Source: Gammaproteobacteria bacterium (lineage in GTDB: Bacteria; Pseudomonadota; Gammaproteobacteria; GCA-001735895). From it: DNA of 64,000 bases. The stretch's first letter is position 1; each line of letters opens with the position of its first letter. Position numbers and translations under genes: made by a program. The notes beneath the pieces are model-generated. The model was given only the letters and a program-made list of their open reading frames with translations, did not search any database and had not been told where the DNA came from. Where the stretch lies: contig JAAENK010000324.1 of NCBI GenBank assembly GCA_024224415.1, positions 1,564 through 65,563 on the forward strand. Reading direction: 5' to 3'. Positions 52,941 through 62,195 of this stretch are shown here, piece by piece.

Positions 52941-54440
52941 CTAAAATTCAAGCGCTCTGGATTTAGTCAAGCTCATAAAATACAGGTAAAATGCATAGAT
53001 AAGCCCTGCACCAAAAACTAGCATCAGTGCACCCCAGATGAACCAGTCGCTTTCCCATGCTCCATTCCTGCGTGGCATTCCAGCCGCACCAGCAGCCATG
53101 AAAGTATAGAATAAGCCGATGTAGGCAAGGAAAAAGTACTTGATACACTTTCTTGCCAGATTGTCATTTATGATGCGATTAGTCATTAATGGATAATGGT
53201 AGTAAAGCATTCCCATCCAGATTGCGCTTATGGCAATTAATACAACCATGGCGTGACCGCCTGCCCACACAGTGCCGTGTAGTTTGAAATTCCAGGCCAC
53301 GTTACTGATAACAATGGCTGAAACACCGTCTAATATATACATCACAAACCCACCAAGCATTAACATCAGAGCTGGGGATGCGACGATGCCGTGTTTCCAA
53401 ATTGTCGCCAGAATGGTGAATATTGTTAACGCAGCACCCATCGCCGTGGCATAGCTCATGAAATTGCCATGATATGCGAATGTCGACGGTAAGGCTGGAT
53501 ACATAGTAAAGAAATGATGGAAAAAGGAAGTGAGCGATGTGACCAATAATATCCATAGCGCCAGTTGAGCAATTCTGTCGCTATAGAGCTTGCGCGCGCC
53601 ATCGGCCAGACAGAGTGGTAAGGTGGCATAGACAGCGCCGATAACCATAAGCGCCATTGCTTCCATTAAATTGTGCGCAAAAATATAGAATACAAATTCA
53701 AACACAACGGGTTTCGCTGCCCAGCCAATCATTGAGGCTGGCAGAATTCCATACAAATGCAGTAGCAGGGAACCAGCTACCATTAATAAAGGAGTGCCGA
53801 CAACCAGTAGCACTAATACACCCATGACCATGCCCATCATGCCGGGGTCGTTTAACGAGCGCTCTGCCAACTGCAGGTTTTCATCTTTTTCATCAAAAAA
53901 AGCCATCTTAAGAATCTGGATAGGGTAGAGCAGGATCATGGAAATCAGCACCAGAGCGATGCCTGTAAAACCAAGAATCAATACCCACATGTCCCACTGT
54001 CCGGTTTGCACCCCAACCACAGGCAATGGGAACATTACGGTATAGGTAACATGAAAACCGGCCAGTACTGCGAGGGTAAGTAACAGGCCGCCGACATTCA
54101 TAAATATGTAAAACAATGCGACTAACGGACCGTCTGCTCTTTTACCCAGACAACCACCCGCGCGATGTATGCTCATAGCCACCATTAGCTGAAATGCGAA
54201 TGGGAATGCCATAGCCGCGCCATGCAGTGTTATGTTTTGATAATACCAGTTTGACCCCAAATCAAGGAATTGAATTGCTGGCATGGTCCAACCTAATATG
54301 ACCGCTATCGTGAACCAGATAAAACAGGTCATTGACATTAGCGCAGGCCATGCATTGATGGGGTTTAATTCATTGTCTTCGAGCCTGAACATGCTCCCGA
54401 AAAATGGTGTGTTTTCAATTATTCTATGGGCAACAGACAT
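52941..54440 (-). CDS. Heme-copper oxidase superfamily subunit I, divergent (NOR-like active-site features)
   Basis: 499 aa, about 12 TM; helix-II-like ITLHGAAMAF, FAHNLME (H-x3-E), FFHHFF His pair, and HGTVWAGGHAM where the canonical H-x-H reads H-A-M. Confidence 0.6.
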   Translation of the reverse strand: MSVAHRIIENTPFFGSMFRLEDNELNPINAWPALMSMTCFIWFTIAVILGWTMPAIQFLDLGSNWYYQNITLHGAAMAFPFAFQLMVAMSIHRAGGCLGKRADGPLVALFYIFMNVGGLLLTLAVLAGFHVTYTVMFPLPVVGVQTGQWDMWVLILGFTGIALVLISMILLYPIQILKMAFFDEKDENLQLAERSLNDPGMMGMVMGVLVLLVVGTPLLMVAGSLLLHLYGILPASMIGWAAKPVVFEFVFYIFAHNLMEAMALMVIGAVYATLPLCLADGARKLYSDRIAQLALWILLVTSLTSFFHHFFTMYPALPSTFAYHGNFMSYATAMGAALTIFTILATIWKHGIVASPALMLMLGGFVMYILDGVSAIVISNVAWNFKLHGTVWAGGHAMVVLIAISAIWMGMLYYHYPLMTNRIINDNLARKCIKYFFLAYIGLFYTFMAAGAAGMPRRNGAWESDWFIWGALMLVFGAGLIYAFYLYFMSLTKSRALEF

Positions 54441-54461
54441 GTTGGCCTCCTCAAAAAGTTA

Positions 54462-55013
54462 TTAGTTACTCGCAACTGTCAGCGTGGTTTTCATTGTATG
54501 GTGTGCTATGCCACAATACTCCAGGCACCGGACAATATACTCTCCGGGTTCGGTGAAGGTATGAACAAGTGTATTAGCTGTTTCCAGTCCAGGCATGAGC
54601 ATCATGGTGAAGATTTGTTGGCCATCTGGATGAATGATCGCAAAACTGTGCATGGTGTCAGCACTGGTTGCCGAAAAACGAACCGGCTCACCGACTCGTA
54701 AGTTTGTGTCGCTTATATCGAAAGCCCAGGATCTGGCTTCCACAGTCACTTCTTTCGCATTCCCTGTGCCGGCTTCAATGACTGTTGGCATGTATTGAAT
54801 GCTGGCAACATTGACGACGATAAAGGCGATTATTGTTAATCCAACCCAGGCCCACTTGGTAGATGAGTATTTGCTTGCCTCGGTTTTACCCGGTGTTGAG
54901 TCAACGAATGCCTTTTTATTAACTATACTAAAAAACACAATCAGGAAAGGGATTTGAAACATCAGCATTACGATGAATGCTCCCCAACCAGTGGTATATA
55001 TAAAATCAATCAT
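54462..55013 (-). CDS. Heme-copper oxidase subunit II with CuA centre (cupredoxin)
   Basis: Two N-terminal TM helices; HSFAI; complete CuA motif CLEYCGIAHHTM (C-x-E-x-C-G-x2-H-x2-M); 21 bp upstream of subunit I. Confidence 0.7.
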   Translation of the reverse strand: MIDFIYTTGWGAFIVMLMFQIPFLIVFFSIVNKKAFVDSTPGKTEASKYSSTKWAWVGLTIIAFIVVNVASIQYMPTVIEAGTGNAKEVTVEARSWAFDISDTNLRVGEPVRFSATSADTMHSFAIIHPDGQQIFTMMLMPGLETANTLVHTFTEPGEYIVRCLEYCGIAHHTMKTTLTVASN

Positions 55014-55038
55014 GATTTAGCCCCTCAATTTAATTCGT

Positions 55039-55647
55039 TTAGAAAACTTTATTTTTATAAGTTAGTTTTGATGATCTTGAGTCGATATAGGCAGTTAGCT
55101 CTGGAGAGAAGCCATCATAAGGTTCTATGCCCAGACTCTGGATTTGTTCTCTGATGCTTTTTAAATCACCTTCATTGGCACCAGACTCAACGATAGAAGA
55201 GACAAATCCCGCGAACTGAATGGCTGGCCAACCGTCATCCTTTGATAACTCGATATGAATAAAATCAAGTCCAAAAAAATGATGCGTTTCATCTTCCACG
55301 CGACCAAACATATGGTTGCCGCAGTCGCGACAGACATGACGTTGAATGGGCGCGCTTTCGTCAAGTATTTTTAGCTTGTCGGCATTTTTAGTGACCTCTA
55401 GCTTGTCACGTGGCACGACTGCAACCTGAGAAAACAGAGCACCCTCAGGTTTCCAGCACTGTGTGCATCCACAAAGATGGTTATGTGCAGCCGGAGCAGT
55501 GATTTTTATGACAACCGGGTTTTTATCACATTTGCAGGAAAGTGTTCCGCCGGGTTGTGGTTTATTGTTGAGATAGCCCCAAAGGCCCTTTTTTGCAGGT
55601 CGAGACTTAATCCCTGACTCAACCTCAGGATGTAATGGGTGTGGCAT
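55039..55647 (-). CDS. gfa: S-(hydroxymethyl)glutathione synthase (glutathione-dependent formaldehyde-activating enzyme)
   Basis: Matches Paracoccus Gfa as I recall it (GGTLSCKCDKNPVVIKI..AHNHLCGCTQCWKPEGALFSQVAVVPRD...PIQRHVCRDCGNHMFGR...AGFVSSIVESG), Zn-binding Cys pattern. Confidence 0.85.
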   Translation of the reverse strand: MPHPLHPEVESGIKSRPAKKGLWGYLNNKPQPGGTLSCKCDKNPVVIKITAPAAHNHLCGCTQCWKPEGALFSQVAVVPRDKLEVTKNADKLKILDESAPIQRHVCRDCGNHMFGRVEDETHHFFGLDFIHIELSKDDGWPAIQFAGFVSSIVESGANEGDLKSIREQIQSLGIEPYDGFSPELTAYIDSRSSKLTYKNKVF

Positions 55648-55888
55648 TGAATTCCCCCTTAATATTATTGGTTTTGCCTGGTCAATGGCTAGGTGGCGCT
55701 GGCATTGTAACTATGTGATATTTAGGGAGGTTTTGCTAATTTTGTATCGTTATTATGCAAAAAACCCACAAATACATAGCTATCGATTAATGTGTTTGAC
55801 CACTAATCTGCATCGTGATTAATAATTGTAACGACGTGCCGCGAGTATAGAACGAATGTTCATTCACTGTCAATGTACAGGAATAATG

Positions 55889-56524
55889 CTAGTTTGTTGA
55901 AGATTTGTAGTCTTTTGATTCAAGTGAAATATCTCCAGACATGCCCTGCCACATACAATTGATATGCTCATCATAGAGGTTTGTCAGAGGCTCATCGATC
56001 AGCCCGTCGAGACGAAGATGTATCAATCTAATCGCACCACCAAATATACTTGCGGCTACGACCCAGGGGCTGCCGTTGCGGATTTCACCTGCTTCGATCC
56101 CCTGTAAGACGATATCTCTCATCATGATAAATGGGGTTGAACTACATATGGGTGGCTCACTTGGCAGGAACTCCCTGTGCTTTGAGTGCAGCATATAGGA
56201 AATGATATTACGTCGGGTTTCGCTATATTCGAATAAGAGCGCAATGATTTTATTGCAACGTTCTCGATTAGTCATTTCATCTTCAAGTACAGCATTAACC
56301 ATTTCTTCAAATTCGTTTATCAGGTGATAATAAAGTGCTTTGGCAACCCCTTCTTTGCCACCGAAATGTTTATAGATCGAGCCAATACTGACGCTGGATT
56401 CCTTCTGTACATCGTGCACAGAGACATTGTGGAAACCGTGCTCTACAAAAAGATCGAGTGCGGCAGTTAAGACGCGGCAATCCAATGGTTCTGGCTCAGG
56501 GGCGGACTTAGTTAAATATGGCAT
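55889..56524 (-). CDS. TetR-family transcriptional regulator
   Basis: N-terminal TetR HTH (FVEHGFHNVSVHDVQKESSVSIGSIYKHFGGKEG); divergent from frmA. Confidence 0.75.
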   Translation of the reverse strand: MPYLTKSAPEPEPLDCRVLTAALDLFVEHGFHNVSVHDVQKESSVSIGSIYKHFGGKEGVAKALYYHLINEFEEMVNAVLEDEMTNRERCNKIIALLFEYSETRRNIISYMLHSKHREFLPSEPPICSSTPFIMMRDIVLQGIEAGEIRNGSPWVVAASIFGGAIRLIHLRLDGLIDEPLTNLYDEHINCMWQGMSGDISLESKDYKSSTN

Positions 56525-56628
56525 ATCTACTCAGGATACAAACAGGTTCTTGACGAGAACGACGATTCATTCTAGTCTACAGCGCTTGATTATTTTGTCC
56601 ATATGTTCATTCGCCAAGGTGCCTTTTT

Positions 56629-57744
56629 ATGAAATGCAAAGCCGCAGTCGCATGGGAACCCAATAAACCCCTGCAAATTGAAGAAGTCGAAGTCGAAGGC
56701 CCTCGTGAAGGCGAGGTCCTGTTGAAAGTCCATGCCTCAGGTGTCTGTCATACTGACGCATTCACGCTGTCGGGTGAAGATCCGGAAGGTGCATTCCCCT
56801 GCATTCTTGGTCACGAAGGCGGTTGTGAAGTGGTCGAATGTGGATCGGGTGTGAAAGACTTAAAGCCTGGCGATCACGTCATTCCGTTGTATATCCCCGA
56901 ATGCCAGGAACCTGGCTGCGGTTACTGTAGTTCGGATAAGTCCAACCTCTGTCAATCAATCGCCGGAACTATCTGGACTGGTTTTATGCCAGATGGCACC
57001 AGGCGATTCAAGGTCGGTGGTAAGGAAATCTACCATTACATGGGTTGTTCGACATTTTCTGAGTATACGGTCGTACCCGAAATCGCACTGGCGAAAATAG
57101 CCAAAGAAGCGCCGCTTGATATGGCTAGTCTGCTCGGTTGTGGTGTGACTACTGGCATAGGCGCAGTTATTAACACTGCAAAGGTTCATGCAGGTTCATC
57201 GGTTGCAGTTTTTGGACTCGGTACCGTTGGATTGTCGGTGGTTCAGGGTGCGGTGATGGCCAAAGCCGAGCGCATCATCGCCATTGATATTAATCCTGGT
57301 AAGGAAGCTATTGCACGCTCGCTTGGCGCTACTGATTTTGTGAATCCGAAAGATGTTGGTGGCTCGATCCCTGAATTTCTCCAGGAAATGACTGACGGTG
57401 GCGTGGATTATTCGTTTGACTGTACCGGTAATACCCAGGTTATGCGCGATGCATTGGAATGTACGCATATGGGGTGGGGTGTCTCGACTATTATTGGCGT
57501 TGCTGGTGCGGGGGAAGAAATTAAAACACGACCATTTAATCTGGTTGTGGGTCGTCGTTGGATAGGTTCGGCTTTCGGTGGTGTCAAGGGGCGCAGCCAG
57601 ATCCCAGCTATGGTTGATCAGTATATGAAAGGTGATATCGAACTCGACAGTCTGGTAACGCATACCATGCCACTTGAAGAAATTAATACGGCTTTTGACC
57701 TGATGCATGAAGGCAAGAGTATTAAATCGATTATCACGTTTTAG
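56629..57744 (+). CDS. frmA: S-(hydroxymethyl)glutathione dehydrogenase / class III alcohol dehydrogenase
   Basis: [22 protein letters not shown]...[27 protein letters not shown] near-canonical FrmA/AdhC; 371 aa. Confidence 0.9.
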   Translation: MKCKAAVAWEPNKPLQIEEVEVEGPREGEVLLKVHASGVCHTDAFTLSGEDPEGAFPCILGHEGGCEVVECGSGVKDLKPGDHVIPLYIPECQEPGCGYCSSDKSNLCQSIAGTIWTGFMPDGTRRFKVGGKEIYHYMGCSTFSEYTVVPEIALAKIAKEAPLDMASLLGCGVTTGIGAVINTAKVHAGSSVAVFGLGTVGLSVVQGAVMAKAERIIAIDINPGKEAIARSLGATDFVNPKDVGGSIPEFLQEMTDGGVDYSFDCTGNTQVMRDALECTHMGWGVSTIIGVAGAGEEIKTRPFNLVVGRRWIGSAFGGVKGRSQIPAMVDQYMKGDIELDSLVTHTMPLEEINTAFDLMHEGKSIKSIITF

Positions 57745-57756
57745 TTAGCGGTCGAC

Positions 57757-58596
57757 ATGAAAGAAATAGAGAGTATTAAAGAGAGCGGTGGCTTTTTAAA
57801 TCGCTATACCCATGCCTCGCAACAATGCCAGTGTGAAATGACTTTTTCGGTCTACCTGCCACCCCAGGCTAGTAGTGGCAAAGTTCCGACTTTGTACTGG
57901 CTTTCCGGCTTAACCTGCACCGATGACAATGCGCGTACCAAGGCTGGTGCGCAGCGTTATGCTTCCGAGCATGGCATCGCCATCGTGTTTCCCGATACCA
58001 GTCCGCGCGGCGAGAATGTGCCCGATGAATCCGAACGTTACGACCTCGGTCAGGGTGCGGGATTTTATGTCAACGCGACGCAATCACTCTGGTCGAAACA
58101 TTATCGAATGTACGACTATGTGGTTAACGAGTTGCCCACACTTGTCGAGGCCAATCTACCGCTGTTACCGGGCGTTAAGTCCATTAGCGGTCATTCCATG
58201 GGTGGGCATGGGGCGTTAATTTGTGGTTTGAAGAATCCCGATACGTTTCGTTCGGTTTCGGCTTTTGCCCCGATCACCAACCCGGTTAATTGCGGCTGGG
58301 GGCAAGGTTGTTTTGGCCTTTACCTGGGTGAAGATAAAAATGATTGGCAAGCCTACGATGCAACCAGTCTGGTCAATGCAGGTGCGAAAGTTAACGATAT
58401 CCTGATCGATCAGGGCGATGCCGATGAGTTTTTACACGAAGGTCAGCTGCTACCAGAAAATTTCCAGGCTGCCTGCGAAGCGCAAGGGCAATCCTGTACC
58501 ATACGTATGCAGGCTGGGTACGACCACAGTTATCACTTTATCGCCAGTTTTCTTGGTGAACACTTTGAATTTCATGCGAAGTATTTAAAAGTGTAA
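57757..58596 (+). CDS. frmB: S-formylglutathione hydrolase (esterase D family)
   Basis: 279 aa; GHSMGGHGAL nucleophile; typical FghA/FrmB length; 12 bp after frmA. Confidence 0.85.
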   Translation: MKEIESIKESGGFLNRYTHASQQCQCEMTFSVYLPPQASSGKVPTLYWLSGLTCTDDNARTKAGAQRYASEHGIAIVFPDTSPRGENVPDESERYDLGQGAGFYVNATQSLWSKHYRMYDYVVNELPTLVEANLPLLPGVKSISGHSMGGHGALICGLKNPDTFRSVSAFAPITNPVNCGWGQGCFGLYLGEDKNDWQAYDATSLVNAGAKVNDILIDQGDADEFLHEGQLLPENFQAACEAQGQSCTIRMQAGYDHSYHFIASFLGEHFEFHAKYLKV

Positions 58597-58627
58597 GTCG
58601 GTAGCCTGAGCTACGTAGTTTGTATGA

Positions 58628-59362
58628 TTATTTATCACCTCTGTCCTCTAGTGGTTCAATTTTTTTGATCTCGCCACCTGCAGCCAGTGTTAAGGCTTTT
58701 TCGATTGCTCCCGGGGCGCACATGATGCTAAAAAAGGTGGCCCCAGTATCACTGGAGAGCATTGGTAAATGTGGCCAGCTTATGGCGATACGAAATCGGG
58801 CATAAAGGGCTTCGACGTTTGATCCATAGACCAGCATTTCATATGGCAGATGTGCTGTATGTCGAGGTGAGCTTTTATCGATTTTACCCATGATGTATCG
58901 ATCGGCGCTACAGTCGTCTTCATCCTCGCCTGCTAGTGCAACACCGAAAAGCGTCATTTGCTTGCCTTCGGTGTCGGTTCCGAGGTCAAGTCGGTAAACC
59001 TTGTGAGCACCAGAGGTGCCTTCTTCAAGATGCTTTTCTATTGTGCTGATTGCAGTTTGATGATCATCGTATCTGGCAAGCTTGCTCGGGTCATCGAAAT
59101 ATTCCATCATAAATGTATAGTGGTACTTGCGCATATCGGCTCCGGTGAGTACTTTATCACCGCTTCCAAACTGTTGTCTGGCGTTAAATGTTGATGCCAG
59201 GGTCTGACTTGTAGTTTGTAAATTGTCGTTCAAACGATAGGCATTCGACCAGTACAGCGGGTTGGTATAAGCCACCTGTACATCGCCGTCGAGTTCAGTA
59301 ATCGAAATCCGTAAAGCACCACCGTAACCACCGCGTTCTGACTGCGTGGCAGTATTTTTCAT
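58628..59362 (-). CDS. Hypothetical protein (244 aa); same frame as upstream 83-aa ORF
   Basis: ORF from ATG 59362; separated from ORF 59408..59659 only by TAA (59408-59410) plus 15 in-frame sense codons. Confidence 0.35.
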   Translation of the reverse strand: MKNTATQSERGGYGGALRISITELDGDVQVAYTNPLYWSNAYRLNDNLQTTSQTLASTFNARQQFGSGDKVLTGADMRKYHYTFMMEYFDDPSKLARYDDHQTAISTIEKHLEEGTSGAHKVYRLDLGTDTEGKQMTLFGVALAGEDEDDCSADRYIMGKIDKSSPRHTAHLPYEMLVYGSNVEALYARFRIAISWPHLPMLSSDTGATFFSIMCAPGAIEKALTLAAGGEIKKIEPLEDRGDK

Positions 59363-59407
59363 TTGGTTATTGGTAAATATAATAATGCTCGATTGAGGGT
59401 ATGGTGA

Positions 59408-59659
59408 TTATTCCCCCAGTATTTCAAAACCTGCGGTTACCAGTTTGGCGCGGGTCGTTTCCAGTGTTTTACTAAAGCCAGCAGCACTCGAAGTCGCCAA
59501 CATAAAGGGTTTAACCTGATCTTCGGCCTTAAGTCCGAATGACGCAAATGTCAACAAAATGCTGAGAATGGGAAGCAGAACTTTGGGTCTGGACATGATA
59601 TCTTCAGGAAGGACTGTTAGGAACCAATAAGCAAAGGCCATGTGACTCGCCGGGTACAT
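59408..59659 (-). pseudogene. Signal-peptide-bearing DUF302-like N-terminal fragment, possibly the 5' part of an interrupted gene
   Basis: MSRPKVLLPILSILLTFASFGLKA leader then FSKTLETTRAKLVTAGFEILGE (DUF302-like start) ending in TAA; reading frame continues into the 58628..59362 ORF. Confidence 0.3.
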
Positions 59660-59759
59660 ATCCGTTTGGCGGGGGTGGAATTCAATGACTTGCCTATCTA
59701 TGGATATAGTGTGATCGGGGAATCATGGGTAGAGGATTAAGTGTGTAAACCTGGCCGGT

Positions 59760-60365
59760 TTATACTTCGATCAATTCCAGAATAACCGGAATCACCGTTG
59801 CGACTAGCAGCAGCGCCATACTGATATTGAAAACGTTTTGGTAGGCAGGCTTTTGCAGGAAACGTTGCATCGTGCGACCAAAAACTAACCAACTGCCGGT
59901 GCTCGGAAAAGCCACCAATAGAAAGATAAATGCAATCAGCAATACTTGCAGGAAAATATCTTCACCAACCCTGGTATAGGCCGCTATTGCGCTGCTCCCC
60001 ATGATCCAGGCTTTTGGATTTAGCCATTGAAACAGAGCTGATTGGATAAAGGTAAATGGTTTGCTGCGAGTCTGCTCGTTGCTCTGGTTTCCGGCCTTTG
60101 CAATACGCCAGGCGAGATAAAGCAGGTACAGTATGCCGACAATTTTAATGACTTCATGCAATATTGGGAACTCCTGAAAAACCACACCGAAGCCAAGCCC
60201 TATCAACACAACCATGACGGCAAAGCCGAAGCAGATGCCTAATAAATGTGGCAGGCTGCGAAGCACACCAAAATTGACGCCCGACGCCATAATCATGATA
60301 TTGTTAGGGCCGGGTGTGGCCGTAGCCGTAAACGCAAAAGCAGTAATAGACAGAATCAGTTCCAT
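59760..60365 (-). CDS. LysE/RhtB-family amino-acid exporter
   Basis: 201 aa, 6 TM; N-terminus FTATATPGPNNIMIMASGVNFG typical of LysE translocators. Confidence 0.75.
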   Translation of the reverse strand: MELILSITAFAFTATATPGPNNIMIMASGVNFGVLRSLPHLLGICFGFAVMVVLIGLGFGVVFQEFPILHEVIKIVGILYLLYLAWRIAKAGNQSNEQTRSKPFTFIQSALFQWLNPKAWIMGSSAIAAYTRVGEDIFLQVLLIAFIFLLVAFPSTGSWLVFGRTMQRFLQKPAYQNVFNISMALLLVATVIPVILELIEV

Positions 60366-60452
60366 ATTTGAAGCATTGATTTTTAAGCCAGCGTGACGGA
60401 GACAATATCAGTTTGATAGCAAGGTTAAAACAATAAAGGTCGTACAAAGTAT

Positions 60453-60974
60453 ATGTCGCTACCGGTAAACCAGGAACTACTGGACGTAGTAGATGACGAT
60501 GATCGTGTCATCGGTGTTAAAACTCGTGGTGAAATACACTCGCAGGGTTTAATGCATCGTGCCGTGCATATTCTGGTGTTTAATTCGGCGGGTGAGATAT
60601 TCATTCAGAAGCGTTCGATGAGCAAGGATGAAAATCCGGGGCAGTGGGATACATCCTGTGCAGGTCATGTTGACAGTGGAGAAACTTATTTCGATTGCGC
60701 GATTCGTGAACTTGAGGAAGAACTAGGTATCATGCCAGCGCCTGTATTGAAGCTACAGTTTCACGTTTCACCAACAGCACAAAACGGTATGGAACACAGC
60801 CCGGTTTATTCCTGTATTTATGATGGTGAATTGTGTTTACAGGAGGAAGAGATCGATGCGGGTGAATGGCTTGGCGAGCACGAAATGGACAATCTTGTTT
60901 CGGAAGCAGGTAGTAACCTGACTGGTATTTTACGTTTCATCTGGAGGCGGTATCGTGGCAGGAAAGGAATTTAA
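60453..60974 (+). CDS. NUDIX hydrolase
   Basis: Nudix box GHVDSGETYFDCAIRELEEELGI; 173 aa. Confidence 0.7.
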   Translation: MSLPVNQELLDVVDDDDRVIGVKTRGEIHSQGLMHRAVHILVFNSAGEIFIQKRSMSKDENPGQWDTSCAGHVDSGETYFDCAIRELEEELGIMPAPVLKLQFHVSPTAQNGMEHSPVYSCIYDGELCLQEEEIDAGEWLGEHEMDNLVSEAGSNLTGILRFIWRRYRGRKGI

Positions 60975-61116
60975 TGACTTCAGAGGCCTTATTGATTAAT
61001 TCTATACCGCCCATAAAATCAAACGATTTTTACAGACAATTGTTGTCAGGTATTTTACAATCCGGGGCCGAGCTGTAATAAAAAATACAATTTAATAACC
61101 TACGAGGAGCAGTTAA

Positions 61117-62142
61117 ATGACTAAAAAATTATTCAAGAAGCTAGCTATTTTAACCGGTGCATCGGCGCTGGTGATGAGCCAGGCATTCGCCGCAACGGAA
61201 TTAACCGTTTATACCGCGGTCGAGGCCGAGGATCTGGCAAGATATGCTGAGACGTTCAACAAAGACCATCCTGATATCAAAATCAAATGGGTGCGCGATT
61301 CGACCGGTATTGTTACCGCCAAATTACTCGCGGAAAAGAATAATCCGCAAGCCGATCTGGTCTGGGGACTGGCGGCAACTTCGTTGCTGCTGTTGAAAAG
61401 CGAAGGCATGCTAGAACCTTACAAGCCGAAGGGTGTCGGTGCACTCGACAAGAAGTTCGTCGACAAGGGTGCGATACCTTCCTGGGTTGGTATGGATGCA
61501 TGGGTTGCCTCAGTTTGCTATAACACTGTCGAAGCTGCCAAGCATGGTTTGAAGCCACCCAAGTCCTGGAAAGATCTGGTTGACCCGATGTACAGAGGTC
61601 ATTTAATTATGCCGAACCCTAATTCATCGGGAACCGGATTCCTCGATGTTTCGAGCTGGTTGCAAATGTTTGGTGAAAAAGGTGGTTGGGACTTTATGGA
61701 TGGCCTGCACGATAATATCGCGCGTTATACGCATTCTGGTTCCAAGCCCTGTAAGCTTGCAGCGGCGGGTGAAATTCCAATCGGAATTTCTTTTGCTTTC
61801 CGCGGCGCTAAGTCGAAAGCTAAGGGTGCGCCGATCGATATTATCGTGCCAAGCGAGGGTGTTGGTTGGGACATGGAAGCCACGGCGATTGTTGCTGGTA
61901 CCGATAAGCTTAAAGCTGCCCAGACACTGGTAGACTGGTCGATTACTAAAAAAGCCAACCAGATGTATAACACTGGCTACGCGGTAGTTGCCTATCCAGG
62001 TGTCGCTAAACCGGTGAAACATTTCCCGAGCAATTTGCTGGCTAAAATGATCGACAACGACTTTGAATTTGCGGCGAACAATCGCAAACGCATTTTGACT
62101 GAATGGCAAAAGCGTTACGACTCCAAGTCTGATCCCAAATAA
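61117..62142 (+). CDS. ABC transporter periplasmic substrate-binding protein (Fe3+/2-aminoethylphosphonate PhnS-like family)
   Basis: Sec signal (ILTGASALVMSQAFA), 341 aa, FbpA/PhnS-like pattern (LTVYTAVEAEDLARYAETFNKDHPDIKIKWVRDSTG). Confidence 0.7.
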   Translation: MTKKLFKKLAILTGASALVMSQAFAATELTVYTAVEAEDLARYAETFNKDHPDIKIKWVRDSTGIVTAKLLAEKNNPQADLVWGLAATSLLLLKSEGMLEPYKPKGVGALDKKFVDKGAIPSWVGMDAWVASVCYNTVEAAKHGLKPPKSWKDLVDPMYRGHLIMPNPNSSGTGFLDVSSWLQMFGEKGGWDFMDGLHDNIARYTHSGSKPCKLAAAGEIPIGISFAFRGAKSKAKGAPIDIIVPSEGVGWDMEATAIVAGTDKLKAAQTLVDWSITKKANQMYNTGYAVVAYPGVAKPVKHFPSNLLAKMIDNDFEFAANNRKRILTEWQKRYDSKSDPK

Positions 62143-62195
62143 CCATAAGTAGTCTGTAATGTTGGCCTGATCACCACGGTGATCAGGCCGTTTCT

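Noticed and set aside
52941-55013. Calling the oxidase a canonical aa3/ba3 cytochrome c oxidase or cbb3
   Set aside because: Subunit I is short (499 aa), has H-x3-E after the first active-site His, lacks the H-x-H pair by hand alignment, and has no ccoOP/c-type heme motifs nearby. It is kept as a divergent HCO and NOR-like candidate rather than assigned to a named enzyme.
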